64,000 nt of DNA, taken from Selenomonas sp. GTDB lineage: Bacteria; Bacillota; Negativicutes; Selenomonadales; Selenomonadaceae. This document shows positions 1-9,055 of the stretch, in pieces. The stretch's first letter is position 1; each line of letters starts with the position of its first letter. A program made the position numbers and the translations under genes. The stretch is from assembly GCF_022773585.1 (NCBI RefSeq), contig NZ_JALEZZ010000021.1. The stretch is one strand, 5' to 3'. The notes under the pieces are model-generated. The model saw only the letters and a program-made list of their open reading frames with translations. It made no database searches and was not told where the DNA came from.

Positions 1-778
1 CTCGCATCGCGGCGTGACGCTCACGGAGGAAGGCAGCCGCTTCCTCGCCTATGCGCGGCAGGTCGTAGAACAGGCCGACCTGCTCGAGCAGCACTACAAA
101 GGCGGGCACAACGTGCGGCGCGTCTTCGCCATCTCGGCCCAGCACTATGCTTTTGTCGTGAACGCCTTTGTCTCGCTCGTCCGCGAATATGGCGAGGACG
201 AGTATGAATTTTCCCTGCGCGAATGCCGCACGCATGACATCATCGAAGACGTGCGCACGTACCGGAGCGAACTCGGCGTGCTCTATCTCAGCGATTTCAA
301 CAGCGCCGTCATGCGCCATATCCTGCAAGGCGCGGAACTCTCATTCCAGCCGCTTTTCACCGCGCGGCCGCATGTCTTCGTGAGCCGCCGCAACCCGCTC
401 GCGGGGCTCGCCTCCGTGACGCTCGATGACCTTGCGCCCTACCCGCGCCTCACGTACGAGCAAGGGACGAACAATTCCTTTTACTTTGCCGAAGAGTTGC
501 ACAGCACAGAACAGGTGCCGAAAAGCATCATCGTCTCCGACCGTGCGACGCTCTTCAACCTGCTCATCGGCCTCGACGGCTACACCATTTCATCCGGCGT
601 GCTCTCGGCCGACCTCAATGGCACGGACATCTGCGCCGTGCCGCTCGAAAGCCAGGAGCACATGGACATCGGCTATATCCATCCGGCTGGAACGGAACTC
701 AGCCCGCTCGGCCGGAGGTACATCGAACTGCTGCAGGCGTACATCCAGCGTTACGGGCTGAAACTCACAACATCATGA
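1..778 (+). CDS. LysR-family transcriptional regulator, 5'-truncated by the window edge
   Basis: Frame is open from nt 2. The translation ...RGVTLTEEGSRFLAYARQVVEQADLL is the LysR linker helix after the HTH, followed by a ~200-aa effector-binding domain. Confidence 0.8.
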   Translation, partial: SHRGVTLTEEGSRFLAYARQVVEQADLLEQHYKGGHNVRRVFAISAQHYAFVVNAFVSLVREYGEDEYEFSLRECRTHDIIEDVRTYRSELGVLYLSDFNSAVMRHILQGAELSFQPLFTARPHVFVSRRNPLAGLASVTLDDLAPYPRLTYEQGTNNSFYFAEELHSTEQVPKSIIVSDRATLFNLLIGLDGYTISSGVLSADLNGTDICAVPLESQEHMDIGYIHPAGTELSPLGRRYIELLQAYIQRYGLKLTTS

Positions 779-791
779 ACGCGGCTATTTT

Positions 792-1916
792 TCAGGCATC
801 CTTCCAGACGCGCTCGGCGATGCGCCGGATAAGGCGCAGCTTCGCCCATTGGTCTTCTTCCGTGAGGAGGTTGCCCTCCTCCGTGGACGAAAAGCCGCAC
901 TGCGGGCTGAGGCAGAGCTGTTCGAGCGGCACATGCTTTTCGGCCTCATGGATGCGGGCGATGACGTCCTCCTCCCGCTCAAGCTTCGGCGATTTCGACG
1001 TCACAAGGCCGAGCACGACCTGCTGATTCTGGATGAAGCGCAACGGCTCGAACCCGCCCGCGCGTTCCGAATCGTATTCGAGGAAGAAGCCATCGACATG
1101 GCAGCCGCCGAACAGCGTCTCCGCCACCGGCTCATAGCCACCCGAGGAAAACCACGTCGAACGGAAATTGCCGCGGCAGATGTGCATCGTGATGACCATG
1201 TCTGCTGGCTTCGCCTCCAGCGCGAGATTGATCATCTCGACATACTTCTTCGCGATATGGTCGAGGTCGAAGCCACGCTCTGCATACGCCTTGCGCTTTC
1301 CCGCGTCGCAGAACTCGCCCCAGGACGTATCATCGAGCTGCAGATAGCGGCAGCCCGCATCGTAAAATGCGCGAATCGCGTGCTGGTAAGCAATCGCGAT
1401 GTCGTGGAACAGCTGATCCTCGTCCTCATACTGCGGGATGGCTTCATAATCCGTCGCGCGCACGCAGCAAATGAGGTGCAGCATGGACGGCGAAGGAATC
1501 GTGAACTTCACGAGAGCCCCATCCGCTGCCTCCTGCACGAAACGGAAATGCTCGAGGAACGGATGATTGCCAAAATCGACCTTGCCAGTAATCTTGACGG
1601 TCGCGGCCTTCGGCTGGGCCCCCTTGAATGCCACAGACCAATGCTCGGCGCTGACCTCCGTCACGCCCTCGAGTGCCGCGAGGAAATCCAGATGCCAGTA
1701 GCGGCGACGCAGTTCGCCATCCGTCACGGCCCGCAGCCCGACGGCTTTCTCCTGCTCCACCAGATGGCGGATGGCTTCGTCCTCGGCCGCTCGGAGCGCC
1801 GTCGCATCAATCTCGCCTCGCGCGAACGCCGCGCGCTTCTCCTTCAGCACCTGCGGCCGCAAGAAGCTGCCTACAATATCATAACGGAACGGGGCCTGTG
1901 CTTTGCGTGTTGTCAT
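792..1916 (-). CDS. Cobalamin-independent methionine synthase family protein (MetE C-terminal-domain-like, YxjG/YxjH type)
   Basis: 374-aa ORF. N-terminus MTTRKAQAPFRYDIVGSFLRP..., then TDGELRRRYWHLDFL and a C-terminal ...LCLSPQCGFSSTEEGN zinc/homocysteine-site motif, all typical of the Meth_synt_2 family. Confidence 0.8.
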   Translation of the reverse strand: MTTRKAQAPFRYDIVGSFLRPQVLKEKRAAFARGEIDATALRAAEDEAIRHLVEQEKAVGLRAVTDGELRRRYWHLDFLAALEGVTEVSAEHWSVAFKGAQPKAATVKITGKVDFGNHPFLEHFRFVQEAADGALVKFTIPSPSMLHLICCVRATDYEAIPQYEDEDQLFHDIAIAYQHAIRAFYDAGCRYLQLDDTSWGEFCDAGKRKAYAERGFDLDHIAKKYVEMINLALEAKPADMVITMHICRGNFRSTWFSSGGYEPVAETLFGGCHVDGFFLEYDSERAGGFEPLRFIQNQQVVLGLVTSKSPKLEREEDVIARIHEAEKHVPLEQLCLSPQCGFSSTEEGNLLTEEDQWAKLRLIRRIAERVWKDA

Positions 1917-2472
1917 GGAAATCTCTCCTTTTTCTCTTCTTTGTCGTATCTCTTTCGATGGATTCAGTGTAGCACAGGTGCCTTGTTATGTGTTAATACG
2001 CAATATCTTGGAATAGTTATAGATGAAAGCTATATCTATCTCCACGTCAAAACAAGAGGCGGATGCACACCAATTTCTTCGGGGGATGCCTTACACGATA
2101 TGTTCCTTGCTTTTTGCAGTTCATTCGTTACAATGAAAGCAGCGACACTTTGAAATCACAACCAGCAAAGGCAGGGGATTGGTTATGCGGTCATGGAAAG
2201 ATGCGGATGCAGCGGCCTCGTTCCGTTCGGATGCGGATGCGTCGCTTTTCTCCCGTGTGGCAGCAGCGCTCTGGGGATGGAACCTCGTGCCTGCTGGAAC
2301 AGAGTCCAGCCTGCCCTTTCCTGTATTCTTCGAGCACCGGCAGATGTTCTTCCCCATCGCCTCTTTTGCGGATGCGGGAGCGCAGTCTTTGGCAGTGGCG
2401 CTCTTTGCATGGTTCGACCGCTCATCGAGTTATCCAACAACGCGCAGCCTTGGCTGCTATGCACCGCTTCAG

Positions 2473-3309
2473 ATGACGACGAAGACGTTCCTGGAGGAAT
2501 TCGCGGAGACACCGGAGCTTCCGCAACCCTATGATATTGCGGAACGTTTCATCGAGGATGCCATCCGGCAGCGCCCGCTCGATGACGTGCAGACGGAGCT
2601 CGAAACGTTTCTTGCCACGACAGACCTCGTCATCCACCGCCGCGACATCCTGCGGTGGAAAGACATTTTCCATCTCGTCATCCAGCGAGCGGAGGCCGCA
2701 CAGGACTATGTGACGAAACGCCGCTGGGATGTCACGGATGCGGAGTTGCAGGAGTTCTTGGAAGTGTACCGGCAGCAGCAGGAAAATCATGCAGAGCCCA
2801 AAGAGGATGCTTTCGCCATGCAAGCTTCCATCGCAGTGGCGCCGCCTCGGCACGGAAATCTCCGCAGGCTGCGCAAAGTCCTCGTCGATGCCGATGCCTG
2901 CCCCGTCATTCCGTCCGTCGAGAACATCTGTGAACGCTACGGCGTGCCAGTCGTCCTCTGCTGTGATGACAGCCGCGCCATGGAATCGAGCTACAGCGAC
3001 ATTGTCCGCGTTCCGCGCGGCCAGCATGCCGCCGATGCAGCCATCATCGCACTCTGCCACAAAGGGGACATCGTCGTGACGGAGGATGCCGGGCTGGCGC
3101 TCCTCGCGCTGGCGAAAGAAGCCTATCCGATTGCTTCTGACGGCTGGCGCTATACGCACCGCATGCTGCGGCAAAAAGATGGTGCGCAGCTGAAACGACG
3201 CAGCGCCCAGCGTCATCTGCACAAGCGCACGTCTTCTGATGACGAAGATTTCGAACGCGGCTTCCTCGTGCTGCTGCACAAAAAATTCTTCGGCGAAGAA
3301 GAATGGTGA
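2473..3309 (+). CDS. YaiI/YqxD (DUF188, UPF0178) domain protein with a ~115-aa unassigned N-terminal extension
   Basis: The C-terminal half carries LVDADACPVIP...VVLCCD...HAADAAIIALCHKGDIVVTEDAGLA, the DUF188 signature. I chose ATG 2473 (MTTKTFLEEF...); an internal ATG at 2818 would give a stand-alone DUF188. The ORF-track start at 2179 looks non-coding. Confidence 0.65.
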   Translation: MTTKTFLEEFAETPELPQPYDIAERFIEDAIRQRPLDDVQTELETFLATTDLVIHRRDILRWKDIFHLVIQRAEAAQDYVTKRRWDVTDAELQEFLEVYRQQQENHAEPKEDAFAMQASIAVAPPRHGNLRRLRKVLVDADACPVIPSVENICERYGVPVVLCCDDSRAMESSYSDIVRVPRGQHAADAAIIALCHKGDIVVTEDAGLALLALAKEAYPIASDGWRYTHRMLRQKDGAQLKRRSAQRHLHKRTSSDDEDFERGFLVLLHKKFFGEEEW

Positions 3310-3325
3310 AGGGAGAAGATGCATC

Positions 3326-3826
3326 ATGCAGATGGAACGAAAGCAAGGAAGCGAGCTCGCGATGTTTCTCGCCCTTGCGTTCCTGCTTCAGAGCTTGCGC
3401 CTTTTGATACCGATGATGCCAGGCCCCGTCAACATGTTCCTGATTGGCAGCCTGCTCAACATGGTCATGGCGCTCGCCATCTGGCGGACGCGCACGCGCT
3501 GGGCAGCCATCATCGGCGTGCTGTTACCGATCGGTGCATTTTTTCAGGGGCAGCTTCCCGTCGCTCCGATGATTCCTGTCGTAGCAACTGGAAACGCGGT
3601 TTTCACGCTTGCCGCCTTTGTACTCGGCCCTCGCCGCCGCGCTTATTTTGCGCCGTTGCTCAAAGCCGCCGTGCTTTTCATCGGCACGCAGCTGATTCTT
3701 CGGATGCTCGACCTGCCAGCACCGATGGCAAACGTGCTGACCTTCATGATGAGCTGGCCGCAAATCGTCACAGGATGCATTGGAATCTTTTTGAGCAGAA
3801 TTTTGCTGAAGCGGCTTCCACAATGA
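3326..3826 (+). CDS. Small polytopic membrane protein (about 5 TM helices), family not assigned
   Basis: ATG at 3326 (MQMERKQGSELAMFLALAFLL...). The hydrophobic segments are spaced like an ECF S-component or small transporter, with no diagnostic motif. Confidence 0.45.
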   Translation: MQMERKQGSELAMFLALAFLLQSLRLLIPMMPGPVNMFLIGSLLNMVMALAIWRTRTRWAAIIGVLLPIGAFFQGQLPVAPMIPVVATGNAVFTLAAFVLGPRRRAYFAPLLKAAVLFIGTQLILRMLDLPAPMANVLTFMMSWPQIVTGCIGIFLSRILLKRLPQ

Positions 3827-3915
3827 AAAAAACGAACCGGCGTACTTCGATTACCTTTTGACGGATGATGCTCGAAAACTCCCGTCTGTGTGTTTCAAAA
3901 TTTTTCCATCCATCC

Positions 3916-4254
3916 TTATTCGACGCCGGGGAACGACTCGACGTACTGGATCTTGATGTCCGGGAAGCTCTCGACAAACTGCACAGTGAAATCTTCCCCG
4001 TAGTCGACAAACTGCCACTCGCCGATGTCATCTGGGAACGAGCTCACGACTTTGACGCGCAGGTCGGGAAAGGAATTCACGACCTGTACTTTGACGTCCG
4101 CAAACGATTCGACGATGCGGACTCTGCCTGCCAGGCGGATGCCCTTGTAGTAGCCGTCTTCATTGATTTTCGAGGCAGCGCCTGCCGTAGCGGAGAAAGC
4201 GACGAGCAAAACGAAGAGCAAAACGAATGCCAGAGATTTTTGAACCATATGCAT
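3916..4254 (-). CDS. Small secreted protein built from short V-x-SF(P/A)D-hydrophobic-K/R-V repeats
   Basis: Signal peptide MHMVQKSLAFVLLFVLLVAFSATAGAAS, then VESFADVKVQVV / NSFPDLRVKVV / SSFPDDIGEW / VESFPDIKIQYV / ESFPGVE. Confidence 0.6.
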   Translation of the reverse strand: MHMVQKSLAFVLLFVLLVAFSATAGAASKINEDGYYKGIRLAGRVRIVESFADVKVQVVNSFPDLRVKVVSSFPDDIGEWQFVDYGEDFTVQFVESFPDIKIQYVESFPGVE

Positions 4255-4390
4255 AGATCATTCTCCTCCACGAAGTGTTATTCATCTTGTTTTCTGATTC
4301 GTCATGCATCGCAGTTTTCCTTCTCCGGTGTTTTCCATCGTCGATGAGTTCCCATCCCAGCCTTTTCCGCATGATACTTGGAGGTGCCTT

Positions 4391-4996
4391 ATGGATTTTT
4401 CGAACATCGCAGCTGCGCTTCGGAAGCGCGAATACGCCGTGTCCTGCTTTTCGACAGCCAAGGAAGCTGCCATCTATCTCGACGCTGCCATTGACGGGCA
4501 GACCGTAGGCTTCGGCGACTCGATGACACTACTCTCGCTCGGCATCTATGATCTGCTCGCACGCCACAACGATGTGCGCGACCCAGAGCATCCGCGCGAA
4601 GGCGAAGACTTCTACTCAACCGCGCGAAAAGCCCTGCTGACCGATGTCTTCCTGACGTCCGTCAACGGCCTTGCCGAAACAGGCGAGATGGTGAACATCG
4701 ACGGCACGGGCAATCGCGTCGCAGGCTCGCTCTACGGCCACAAGAAAGTCTATTTCGTCATCGGCTCGAACAAGATTGCTCCGACGCTCGAAGAAGCCAC
4801 CTGGCGCGCCCGCAACGTCGCCGCTCCGCAAAATGCCGCGCGCCACGGCTATCAGACGCCCTGCGCACGAAAGCAGGATCATTGCTACGACTGCTACCAC
4901 CCGAACCGCATCTGCAACGCGCAGGTCATCTACTGGCAGAAGATGAACCACATGGACATGGAAGTCGTTTTGATTGACGAACCGCTTGGTCTGTAA
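4391..4996 (+). CDS. LUD-domain (lactate-utilization LutC/YkgG-like, DUF162) protein
   Basis: MDFSNIAAALRKREYAVSCF...GFGDSMTL...NIDGTGNRVAGSLYGHKKVYFVIGSNKI...NVAAPQNAAR...PCARKQDHCYDCYHPNRICN. The family-typical layout includes the C-terminal Cys cluster. Confidence 0.8.
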   Translation: MDFSNIAAALRKREYAVSCFSTAKEAAIYLDAAIDGQTVGFGDSMTLLSLGIYDLLARHNDVRDPEHPREGEDFYSTARKALLTDVFLTSVNGLAETGEMVNIDGTGNRVAGSLYGHKKVYFVIGSNKIAPTLEEATWRARNVAAPQNAARHGYQTPCARKQDHCYDCYHPNRICNAQVIYWQKMNHMDMEVVLIDEPLGL

Positions 4997-5035
4997 GCTT
5001 CTATCTTCTTGCAATTTGCATGAAATTCAAAAAAT

Positions 5036-5087
5036 ATGCCGCTGAAGCAACACGTTTGAAACGTGCAATGGCTTCAGCGGCATTTTC
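5036..5087. terminator. Bidirectional intrinsic terminator between convergent genes
   Basis: A-run, a 13-bp stem ATGCCGCTGAAGC / GCTTCAGCGGCAT enclosing a nested CACGTT-TGA-AACGTG hairpin, then TTTT. Confidence 0.7.
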
Positions 5088-5096
5088 GTATGGGAT

Positions 5097-5717
5097 TCAA
5101 TTCTCATCTGGCGTCCACGGCACAAAATCTGTGGCTGGATGCTTGCAGATGGGGCAGACGAAATCAGCTGGCAGCGTATCACCCTCATAGATGTACCCGC
5201 ATATCGTGCAGATAAAGCCCTTCTTGACGCCCTTCGGCGCAGCCGGCTTCCCCTTGATATGCTTTTGATAAAAGCTGTAGGTTGCAGATTCGTCCTGCGA
5301 CAACACCTCGCCGTCCGTCACATCGGCCAGGAACAGCGTATGCGTGCCGAGGTCTGTCATGGACACAACTTTCGCTGAGAGATACGCATTGGCTTCCTCC
5401 GTCAGATAAATCAAGCCATTCTCGCTGCGCTTGAACATGATGCCTCTGGCTTTGTCCACATCGCGACCGCTCTGGTACCCCCAATGTTCAAACGTCGGAA
5501 ACGTTGCCTGTTCCGACAAGATGGAAACATTGAACTGGCCCGTCTTCACAATCATGTCATGCGTGTAATTCTGCTTGTTGATGGCAACCGTGATACGGTT
5601 GGGGGAGCTCGTCACCTGCGTCACCGTGTTCGTAATGCAGCCATTGTCCTTCTCGCCTTCTTTGGCGGTCACGACATACAGGCCATAGGAAATCTTGTAC
5701 ATTGCTTTTGCGTCCAT
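5097..5717 (-). CDS. Flavin reductase domain fused to a C-terminal rubredoxin (high-molecular-weight rubredoxin, Hrb-like)
   Basis: ATG at 5717 (MDAKAMYKISYGLYVVTA...NGCITNT, a flavin-reductase fold signature). The C-terminus CTICGYIYEG...FVCPICKHP is a rubredoxin CxxC...CxxC. Confidence 0.85.
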   Translation of the reverse strand: MDAKAMYKISYGLYVVTAKEGEKDNGCITNTVTQVTSSPNRITVAINKQNYTHDMIVKTGQFNVSILSEQATFPTFEHWGYQSGRDVDKARGIMFKRSENGLIYLTEEANAYLSAKVVSMTDLGTHTLFLADVTDGEVLSQDESATYSFYQKHIKGKPAAPKGVKKGFICTICGYIYEGDTLPADFVCPICKHPATDFVPWTPDEN

Positions 5718-5802
5718 AAATATCCCCTCGATTCGGTACTCGCATTTTCTATTGATACTATTTAATTCGCGACAACTGGTACGATTTCCTGCCTTGTACT
5801 TT

Positions 5803-5919
5803 TTAATTTCCTTCTGCCATGCCGTCTGCGCTCCCCGGCTGCAACGGGCCGTAGAAATAGCTTGCCGTTGCACCGCCGTCGACGAGAAATGTCGAGCCCG
5901 TGATGAACTGCGCACGATC
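5803..5919 (-). pseudogene. Remnant: last ~38 codons of a short-chain dehydrogenase/reductase
   Basis: Only the tail of the long ORF 5803..7026 is protein-like (...AQFITGSTFLVDGGATASYFYGPLQPG*, the SDR C-terminal motif). Upstream sequence in that frame is low-complexity R/S/A. Confidence 0.55.
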
Positions 5920-6507
5920 CTGCTTGACCGGCACAACCGCACGTTCTCCTTGACGTCGGCCGGCGAGGTCTTCTACCGCCGCAGCCTCGTCCTGCGCGCC
6001 GAGATTGAGCAACTCGTCCGCGAGACGCAGCGCGCGGGACAAAAAGAGCATCCGGAGCTGCGGCTCGGATGCTACCAGGGGTATCAGGGACAGGCGTTCG
6101 CGCTCGCCATCGAGCTTTCCGCACAAAGCCCGCTTGCCAATCTCGATGCGCTCACGGCGAAAGACCTCCGAAACCTCCCCTGCATCCTCGTCGCACGTGG
6201 GACGCAGCAGGCAGAGGAACAAGCTTACTGCACCGACGTGCTCGGCCTCCACAGCGAGTTCCGCTTCGCGCGGACGTTTGAGGAAGCACGCCTCATGGTG
6301 CTGACCGCACAGGGGTATCTGCCCGTTGACACGTTCGAGGACAGCTTCGCGCCTGCGACCGCCATCGAGCGCATCCCGCTCGTATCTGACGGCCAGCCCG
6401 TCACAAAGAACTACTGCGCCTTCTGGAAAACATCGAACCGCAATCCCCACGCCGAAGAATTCGCGCAACTGCTCCAAGTGGCGTTTTCCCCGACACAAGT
6501 GGATTGA
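5902..6507 (+). pseudogene. Remnant of a LysR-family regulator lacking the HTH and part of the effector domain
   Basis: ...DELRTILLDRHNRTFSLTSAGEVFYRRSLVLRAEIEQL...ELRLGCYQG... matches the LysR linker and the start of the effector domain. There is no N-terminal HTH and no plausible start. The ORF-track start at 5695 is antisense to the Hrb gene. Confidence 0.55.
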
Positions 6508-6601
6508 CCTTTTTCTCTCGTGTATCTCGCACGGAACCAAACCAGCAGGGGGCAGCATCCATTCGGGTGCGGCCTCGGTGGATTCGATGGTTCTGTAGTT
6601 T

Positions 6602-7420
6602 TCAGGCGATCTCCACGAGCTTCGAGGTTTCGTCGCCATAGAGCGGGTTCGCCGTGCGGACGGTGCCGAGGCCGCTCTCTTTGAGGAACGTTGCCGCTGC
6701 TTCGACTTTGGCCGGAAGATCGACATGCGCGAGGTAGTCCGCACCGTTCGGGCCGTAACCGTTCGCGTCATCGCGCAGGCGCTTGACTTCGCCGAGCAGC
6801 AGCGAGAGATAGTGCTCCATGCTCCACATGCCCCAGTACTCCATGAGGAAGCCAAGCTGCCAGCCTTTCGAGATGACGGCGGGGCGATACGGCGCGTAGT
6901 TGACGACCTGGAGGTCGGGCGCGACCTTGCGGAACGTCGCATCCATGCGCAGCTGCATCGTCGCATCCTGCATGATAAGCACCGATTTTGGCGTAATGCC
7001 GTTCTGCTGCAAAACATCCAGTGCATACGTCACGTTGTTGCCGCAGTTCGTCGAGCGGTTCTCGATGAGCGCCCCCTCGATGCCGTAGCAGAGCTTCAAG
7101 TAATCCGCCATGATGTCAGCCTCAGCGCGGCCATCGACGTCGAGCTCCGGCACGCGATCTTTGTAGGCCGCGCGCACGACTTCCGTCGTGTGGCCGATGC
7201 CGCCGACGAGCAGCAGGCGCTTCGCGATGCCGCGCTGCCATGCCCGCGCGACGATATCGCAGCCATGCGGGATCATCCCGCCGAACGCAATGAGCACGTC
7301 CGCCTGCGGTTCTCTGATCTGCGCCTGCATTGCCTCCGTGCTCAATTCGTCGATGTCGCGGCGCGCGAGGAAGTAACCGATGATGTTTGCCGCCGAAGCA
7401 GCCCGCTGCCAATCTTTCAT
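6602..7420 (-). CDS. YdcF/DUF218 (ElyC/SanA-like) family protein
   Basis: 272-aa ORF containing ...ADVLIAFGGMIPHG...RLLLVGGIGHTT...IENRSTNCGNN... Confidence 0.65.
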   Translation of the reverse strand: MKDWQRAASAANIIGYFLARRDIDELSTEAMQAQIREPQADVLIAFGGMIPHGCDIVARAWQRGIAKRLLLVGGIGHTTEVVRAAYKDRVPELDVDGRAEADIMADYLKLCYGIEGALIENRSTNCGNNVTYALDVLQQNGITPKSVLIMQDATMQLRMDATFRKVAPDLQVVNYAPYRPAVISKGWQLGFLMEYWGMWSMEHYLSLLLGEVKRLRDDANGYGPNGADYLAHVDLPAKVEAAATFLKESGLGTVRTANPLYGDETSKLVEIA

Positions 7421-7594
7421 GAAAAATCGCTCCTTCTATTTTTGTATGTTCGTTTCGTTTCTTTGCTCTTGTTGGCTTTATCATAGCGTGCGAGCGACTA
7501 TTTTACAAATAGAAAATTTCGATTTTTGATCGATTCTACGAAAATCTTCACGTTTTTGTGTTCTTTACATCCTGCAATATGTAAAAAGCTCATT

Positions 7595-7647
7595 GAAAAC
7601 ACAAAGATGCCCCGCATGCAGGAAACATCATCTGCATGCGGGGCATC
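7595..7647 (-). terminator. Intrinsic terminator after the DeoR-family gene
   Basis: 16-bp perfect stem GATGCCCCGCATGCAG / CTGCATGCGGGGCATC, followed on the minus strand by TTTGTGTTTTC. Confidence 0.8.
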
Positions 7648-7658
7648 GTGCCAAAAGC

Positions 7659-8420
7659 TCAGCCGACGCTGTCGACGTCGGTGCGCTGGCGCATGGTTTC
7701 GAGGAGTTCTGGCGCGGCTTTGCTGTCGGTCACGACGCGCGTGAGTTCTTCGAGGCGGGCGATGCGCTCGAAATAGCTCTGGCCGAGCTTCGTGCTGTCC
7801 GTCGCGACGACCGTCTGCCGAGCCTGGCGAATGAGGATACGCTTCGTCTCGGCATCCGTATAGTCCGGACTCGTGAGGCCATAGTCCGTATCGAGACCAT
7901 TCGCGCCGAGGAAGAGCCAGTCGACGTGGAAGCGCTCCATGAAATCAGCCGTCATCTGCCCGCTCGCACCGCGCAGTGCGGGATAGTAGACGCCCGGCAC
8001 GATGATCAGGCGGTTGCCCTTTTCCTGGCTCAGGATTTCCGCCGCGTCGAGCGAGGCGGTCAGCACGGTGAGGTTCGTGCGCTTCGCGAGGCATTCAGCG
8101 ATGCAGGCGCCCGTCGAGCCGTTGTCGATGAAGACGCTTTCGCCCTCCTGCACGAGTTCGGCGCAATGCGCGGCGATCTTCCGCTTTTCCTCCGGCTGGC
8201 GGCGCTGGCGCAGTTCGAGGCTGTGCAGGACGGCATTGCCCTGATTGAGCGCCGCGCCGCCGCGGATCGTCGTGATGAGCCCTTCCGCTTCGAGGCGCGA
8301 GAAATCGCGGCGGAGCGTCATGGCCGAGACGCCGTAGATTTCGCAGAGCGCGTTCGTGTAAACCGTCCGGCTGTCCTGGAGCCGGCGCAAGATGTCCTCG
8401 CGACGCTGGCGTGCATTCAT
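7659..8420 (-). CDS. DeoR/GlpR-family transcriptional repressor
   Basis: ATG at 8420 (MNARQRREDILRRLQDSRTVYTNALCEIYGVSAMTLRRDFSRLEAEGLI...), followed by a DeoR C-terminal sensor domain (FIDNGSTG...). Confidence 0.85.
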   Translation of the reverse strand: MNARQRREDILRRLQDSRTVYTNALCEIYGVSAMTLRRDFSRLEAEGLITTIRGGAALNQGNAVLHSLELRQRRQPEEKRKIAAHCAELVQEGESVFIDNGSTGACIAECLAKRTNLTVLTASLDAAEILSQEKGNRLIIVPGVYYPALRGASGQMTADFMERFHVDWLFLGANGLDTDYGLTSPDYTDAETKRILIRQARQTVVATDSTKLGQSYFERIARLEELTRVVTDSKAAPELLETMRQRTDVDSVG

Positions 8421-8565
8421 TTGGAAACTCCTTTCTTCGAGACCTGGACGACCTCGATGCCAAGACGGCGGGCCTTGCGGACGAACTCCGGGTCGGCTTC
8501 TCCGTCCGTCACGATCTTGTCCATCGCCGTCCTCGATGCTAATGCATACTTTGTGGGACATAATC

Positions 8566-9033
8566 TCATGCATCCTTGTGGATGTCCACCCATCCCGCCG
8601 CGCGGGCAAAGCGGAACAGTTCTTCTGGCGTCATGCGGACGGCACTGTGATCATCGCCTGCCGCTGGATAGACGGTTTCATAGGCATGAAGCGAAGTATC
8701 GAGATAAACCGGAACGCCATCTTTCACGGCAAACGGGCAGACGCCGCCGGGTGCGTGGCCGACCAGTGCTTCGACGTCATCAGCAGGAATCATCCGGCCT
8801 TTCTTTCCGAACGCGGCCTTGAATTTGTGATTGTCCATCCGCGCATCTCCGGCGAGCACGACGAGCAGCGGCTTTCCATCCACTAGGAAGGAAAGCGTCT
8901 TCGCAATATGCCCCGACGAAACACCGAGCGCTTCGGCTGCCAGTGCCACCGTCGCCGTCGATTCCTCGAATGTCAGAATGCGAGTGGATTCTCCAAGATT
9001 CTCAAAATAAGCTTTGACTTTTTTGATGGACAT
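8566..9033 (-). CDS. YbaK/EbsC/ProX-type aminoacyl-tRNA deacylase domain protein
   Basis: ATG at 9033 (MSIKKVKAYFENLGE...), with ...HIAKTLSFLVDGKPLLVVLAGDARMDNHKF...GGVCPFA... Confidence 0.75.
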   Translation of the reverse strand: MSIKKVKAYFENLGESTRILTFEESTATVALAAEALGVSSGHIAKTLSFLVDGKPLLVVLAGDARMDNHKFKAAFGKKGRMIPADDVEALVGHAPGGVCPFAVKDGVPVYLDTSLHAYETVYPAAGDDHSAVRMTPEELFRFARAAGWVDIHKDA

Positions 9034-9055
9034 GCGCTTTCTCTCCCTCCGTTCG

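Noticed and set aside
1917-2100. Possible SAM/T-box/B12 riboswitch upstream of the MetE-family gene, and a LysR T-N11-A site (TATAG-N7-CTATA at ~2018-2034).
   Set aside because: I recognised none of the conserved riboswitch cores. The small palindrome is AT-rich and could occur by chance. The neighbouring LysR gene is convergent rather than divergent, so no link is supported.
849-2153. 434-aa plus-strand ORF.
   Set aside because: It is antisense to the well-supported MetE-family gene (792..1916). The translation is Arg/Ala/Leu-rich low complexity, typical of the stop-poor antisense frame of GC3-rich genes.
2179-2472. Upstream extension of the DUF188 ORF (ORF-track start at 2179).
   Set aside because: The translation (MVMRSWKDADAAASFRSDADASLF...) has no domain-like character and no SD. 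ATG 2473 gives a cleaner N-terminus. The 1917-2472 region may still hide a degraded gene.
5920-7026. Bulk of the 407-aa minus-strand ORF 5803..7026.
   Set aside because: Only the last ~38 codons look like protein (SDR tail). The rest is R/S/A-rich and overlaps the YdcF gene and the LysR remnant in other frames.
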